38,375 nt of DNA from Octopus bimaculoides (lineage: Eukaryota), in assembly GCF_001194135.2 (NCBI RefSeq), contig NC_068990.1, positions 58,144,541-58,182,915 on the forward strand. Reading direction: 5' to 3'. This document shows positions 36,135-38,375 of the stretch, piece by piece. Positions within the stretch are counted from its first letter, which is position 1. Each line of letters starts with the position of its first letter. The position numbers were made by a program, and so were the translations under genes. A model generated the notes under the pieces. That model was not told where the DNA came from. It did no database searches and saw only the letters and a list, made by a program, of their open reading frames with translations.

Positions 36135-36899
36135 ATGTATGTATGTATGTATTGACGGATGGTTGTATCTTCAATTGATATCTGAAAGTAAGCTTCCAGT
36201 AATTAGAAATTATAGAAATGAAGTAGGAGAAAAGTCTTATTATGACCTTTTTTTATTCAGTTTAGCGTGTGTTCAATAATTAAGGCTTAAAACGTGCGAT
36301 TTGGTGAAATATATATTTGGAGTGTCCTTATAATATAATGAAGGAATATTATCCTCTTTTCGAAATAATTCTACATGTCTAGAGATGAGTACATGCTCTT
36401 TCCAACTTGATTCAAAGCACTCGTCTGTATCATGTGTTTATTCATTAATTTTCGTTTCGAACTGTAAATTAATTTCGTCCTTCATTATTTCGCAAAACTT
36501 CATATTTCTCCCTGAGCTTATATTTTCTAAGTTTATTTAACTAGCAACATGATGATGTCTTAACTGTACCAGATGGGATTCTGTAAATGAATGTAATCCC
36601 GAAAATGAAGTGGTACGTGTTGCGTAGAAGAGGACAAAATACTCAACGACCTCGTAGTAGATTATAGACTAAGAGTAGAATATGACGACATTTATTGTAC
36701 AATTTTGGTAAATGAATAGCGTAATACACTCAAGTATGAATCATCGAGATCAGTGAATTGGCTTTGCACATGAGATTGGTAACTATGAAAGGAAGTTCTG
36801 TCATTCGTTTATTCTGGTACTCTCATTGAAATAGGTTTAACGTTGTCGTGGAATGAACTAGTGCAAAGAATAGTTATATGAATCAACCTCGGGATATTT

Positions 36900-37095
36900 T
36901 TGGTATTTCTGCGAGCCAACAAGGGAATCTCTATGGGCCACTCCACTTGCTGGAAATAGAAAGCAAATTCCATTAAACAAGTGTCTTAAAAATGAATGTT
37001 AATTTAGATAATGTAATCCTATATATAAAAACACAGCAGAGAGGATGGGATGATCCCGGTTAGAATGCATTTGACTTGGCAGCTACTAAACACTA
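36900..37095 (+). mobile_element. Possible old SINE 3' remnant
   Basis: Weak similarity to 29010-29185; no clear tRNA head. Confidence 0.3.
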
Positions 37096-37319
37096 GTATT
37101 TTGTTTGGTTTTTGCTAAAAAGAAGAATTGTTCAGAATATCATAAAAACTTGTCAACTGAGTAGAGTAGAACCAGCCTGGAGGAATTCTTTGTGTGTGTA
37201 TGAGATCTGTGGCGTACCTTGTAGGATCATCAGACTGAAACCTATCCCTATTTCTGAGGTCTTGAGTCAAGTGAGATCACAACCTTGTAACGGGACCCCA
37301 ATCTATCTTAGAGCAAATC

Positions 37320-37468
37320 ATTAGCTGCTGCTCATACTTATTTTCCGCTGCGGTGACTTGGGTAACGCGAAATTAAGCACCCTTGCTCAAGAATACCACC
37401 ACCACCTGTAATCGAACTCGTTATCTAAAGGGTTGAGCCGACCACTCTATCCGCTAGGCCATGGACCT
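37320..37468 (-). mobile_element. tRNA-derived SINE head, third family
   Basis: Reverse strand: ccatggcctagcggatagag (A box), gagttcgatt (B box), then ttcttgagcaagg.tgcttaatttc, resembling the central cttgagcaag motif of invertebrate SINEs. Confidence 0.65.
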
Positions 37469-38209
37469 TCAAACTTTAAAACACACACAAATAGGCGTGC
37501 ATACACATATATACGGCAACATTTACACACAAACTCTCTCTCTCTCTCTCTTTTTCTCCCTCACGCATGCTTATTTGCTGTTTATTATTTTTGTGGGGGG
37601 CCGCTTCTTTCCAACAAAATTCGCAACTTTTTGAAAAGATTTGTGCTAGTTTTTGTGAAGTTACTCTCTTAAGTGCTGGTCCTAATTTTATGTTCGCTGA
37701 AATGATGAAATATAGAATATGCCGTTACGGATTAAGAACTCATGTCGCAAACAAAAAGAAATACGGTAGAACAATTTACTAGGCGTTCTACGTTCTTGCA
37801 AACTGCAACACCTTTGCTTTATTTTTCGTATTTGCCTTATTAGTTACAAGAGCATAAAAGGTGGCGCCCGACGAAATACATGATAACATTTATTTCGCTT
37901 TTACTTTCTGATTATACATTTTATTGTTCGAATGGGGGTTAATGTATCCGCAGAAATCACTGACCTCCCTGGAATATTTTAATACCCAAACTGTAAAACT
38001 AAATTTTACCACATTGATAGCAATCTTTTTCCAGATGGTTGTTTACGCTTATGGATTAAAACACCCAATGTATTGATAAATAAAAGGAAAAATCTATTGC
38101 ATATGTTTTTCTAAATTATAGATTGTTTATTATCATTGATGCTTTCATAACTATTGCCAGTCACTTATATGTGCCGCTTAATCTCAGTAGCTCTTTAAGC
38201 GATCCGAAG

Positions 38210-38337
38210 CACAACTTTCTCTCTCTCTCTCAATCTCTCTTTATCTCACTCTCTCCCTCACTCCCTCACTTTCTCTCCCATCCCACACACTCTCTCTTTC
38301 TCTCTCTCTCCCTCTCTCTCTCTGCATGTATGTATGC

Positions 38338-38375
<38 letters not shown>
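38210..38375. repeat. (CT)n-rich and (TA)n microsatellites
   Basis: Directly visible. Confidence 0.95.

Noticed and set aside
1-38375. CRISPR arrays, rRNA, or prokaryotic operons/defence systems
   Set aside because: No repeat-spacer periodicity, rRNA-like sequence or gene-dense organisation; the window is eukaryotic repeat-rich DNA.

Overview
AT-rich, intron/intergenic-like eukaryotic DNA. The microsatellite load and SINE types resemble an octopus/cephalopod short-read scaffold (inference, not shown by the sequence). About 3.6 kb (~9.5%) is N in 11 gaps, most flanked by microsatellites. Almost all long ORFs in the track are artefacts of microsatellites or N runs. Recognisable content is transposon debris: a Gypsy gag/zinc-knuckle/protease remnant abutting a 5'-truncated LINE RT, six Tc1/mariner remnants (one full length with both TIRs), a Helitron 3' end, a hAT-like MITE, a LINE ORF1-like remnant, a second decayed RT, and several tRNA-derived SINEs. 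No complete host gene is visible; the best candidate is a 158-bp minus-strand exon at 15831-15988. I cannot support a new biological system. The strongest leads are three long-inverted-repeat (foldback) elements next to (TA)-rich tracts, a decayed hammerhead-ribozyme-like motif and the unidentified exon. All alignments were done by eye and remnant boundaries are approximate.
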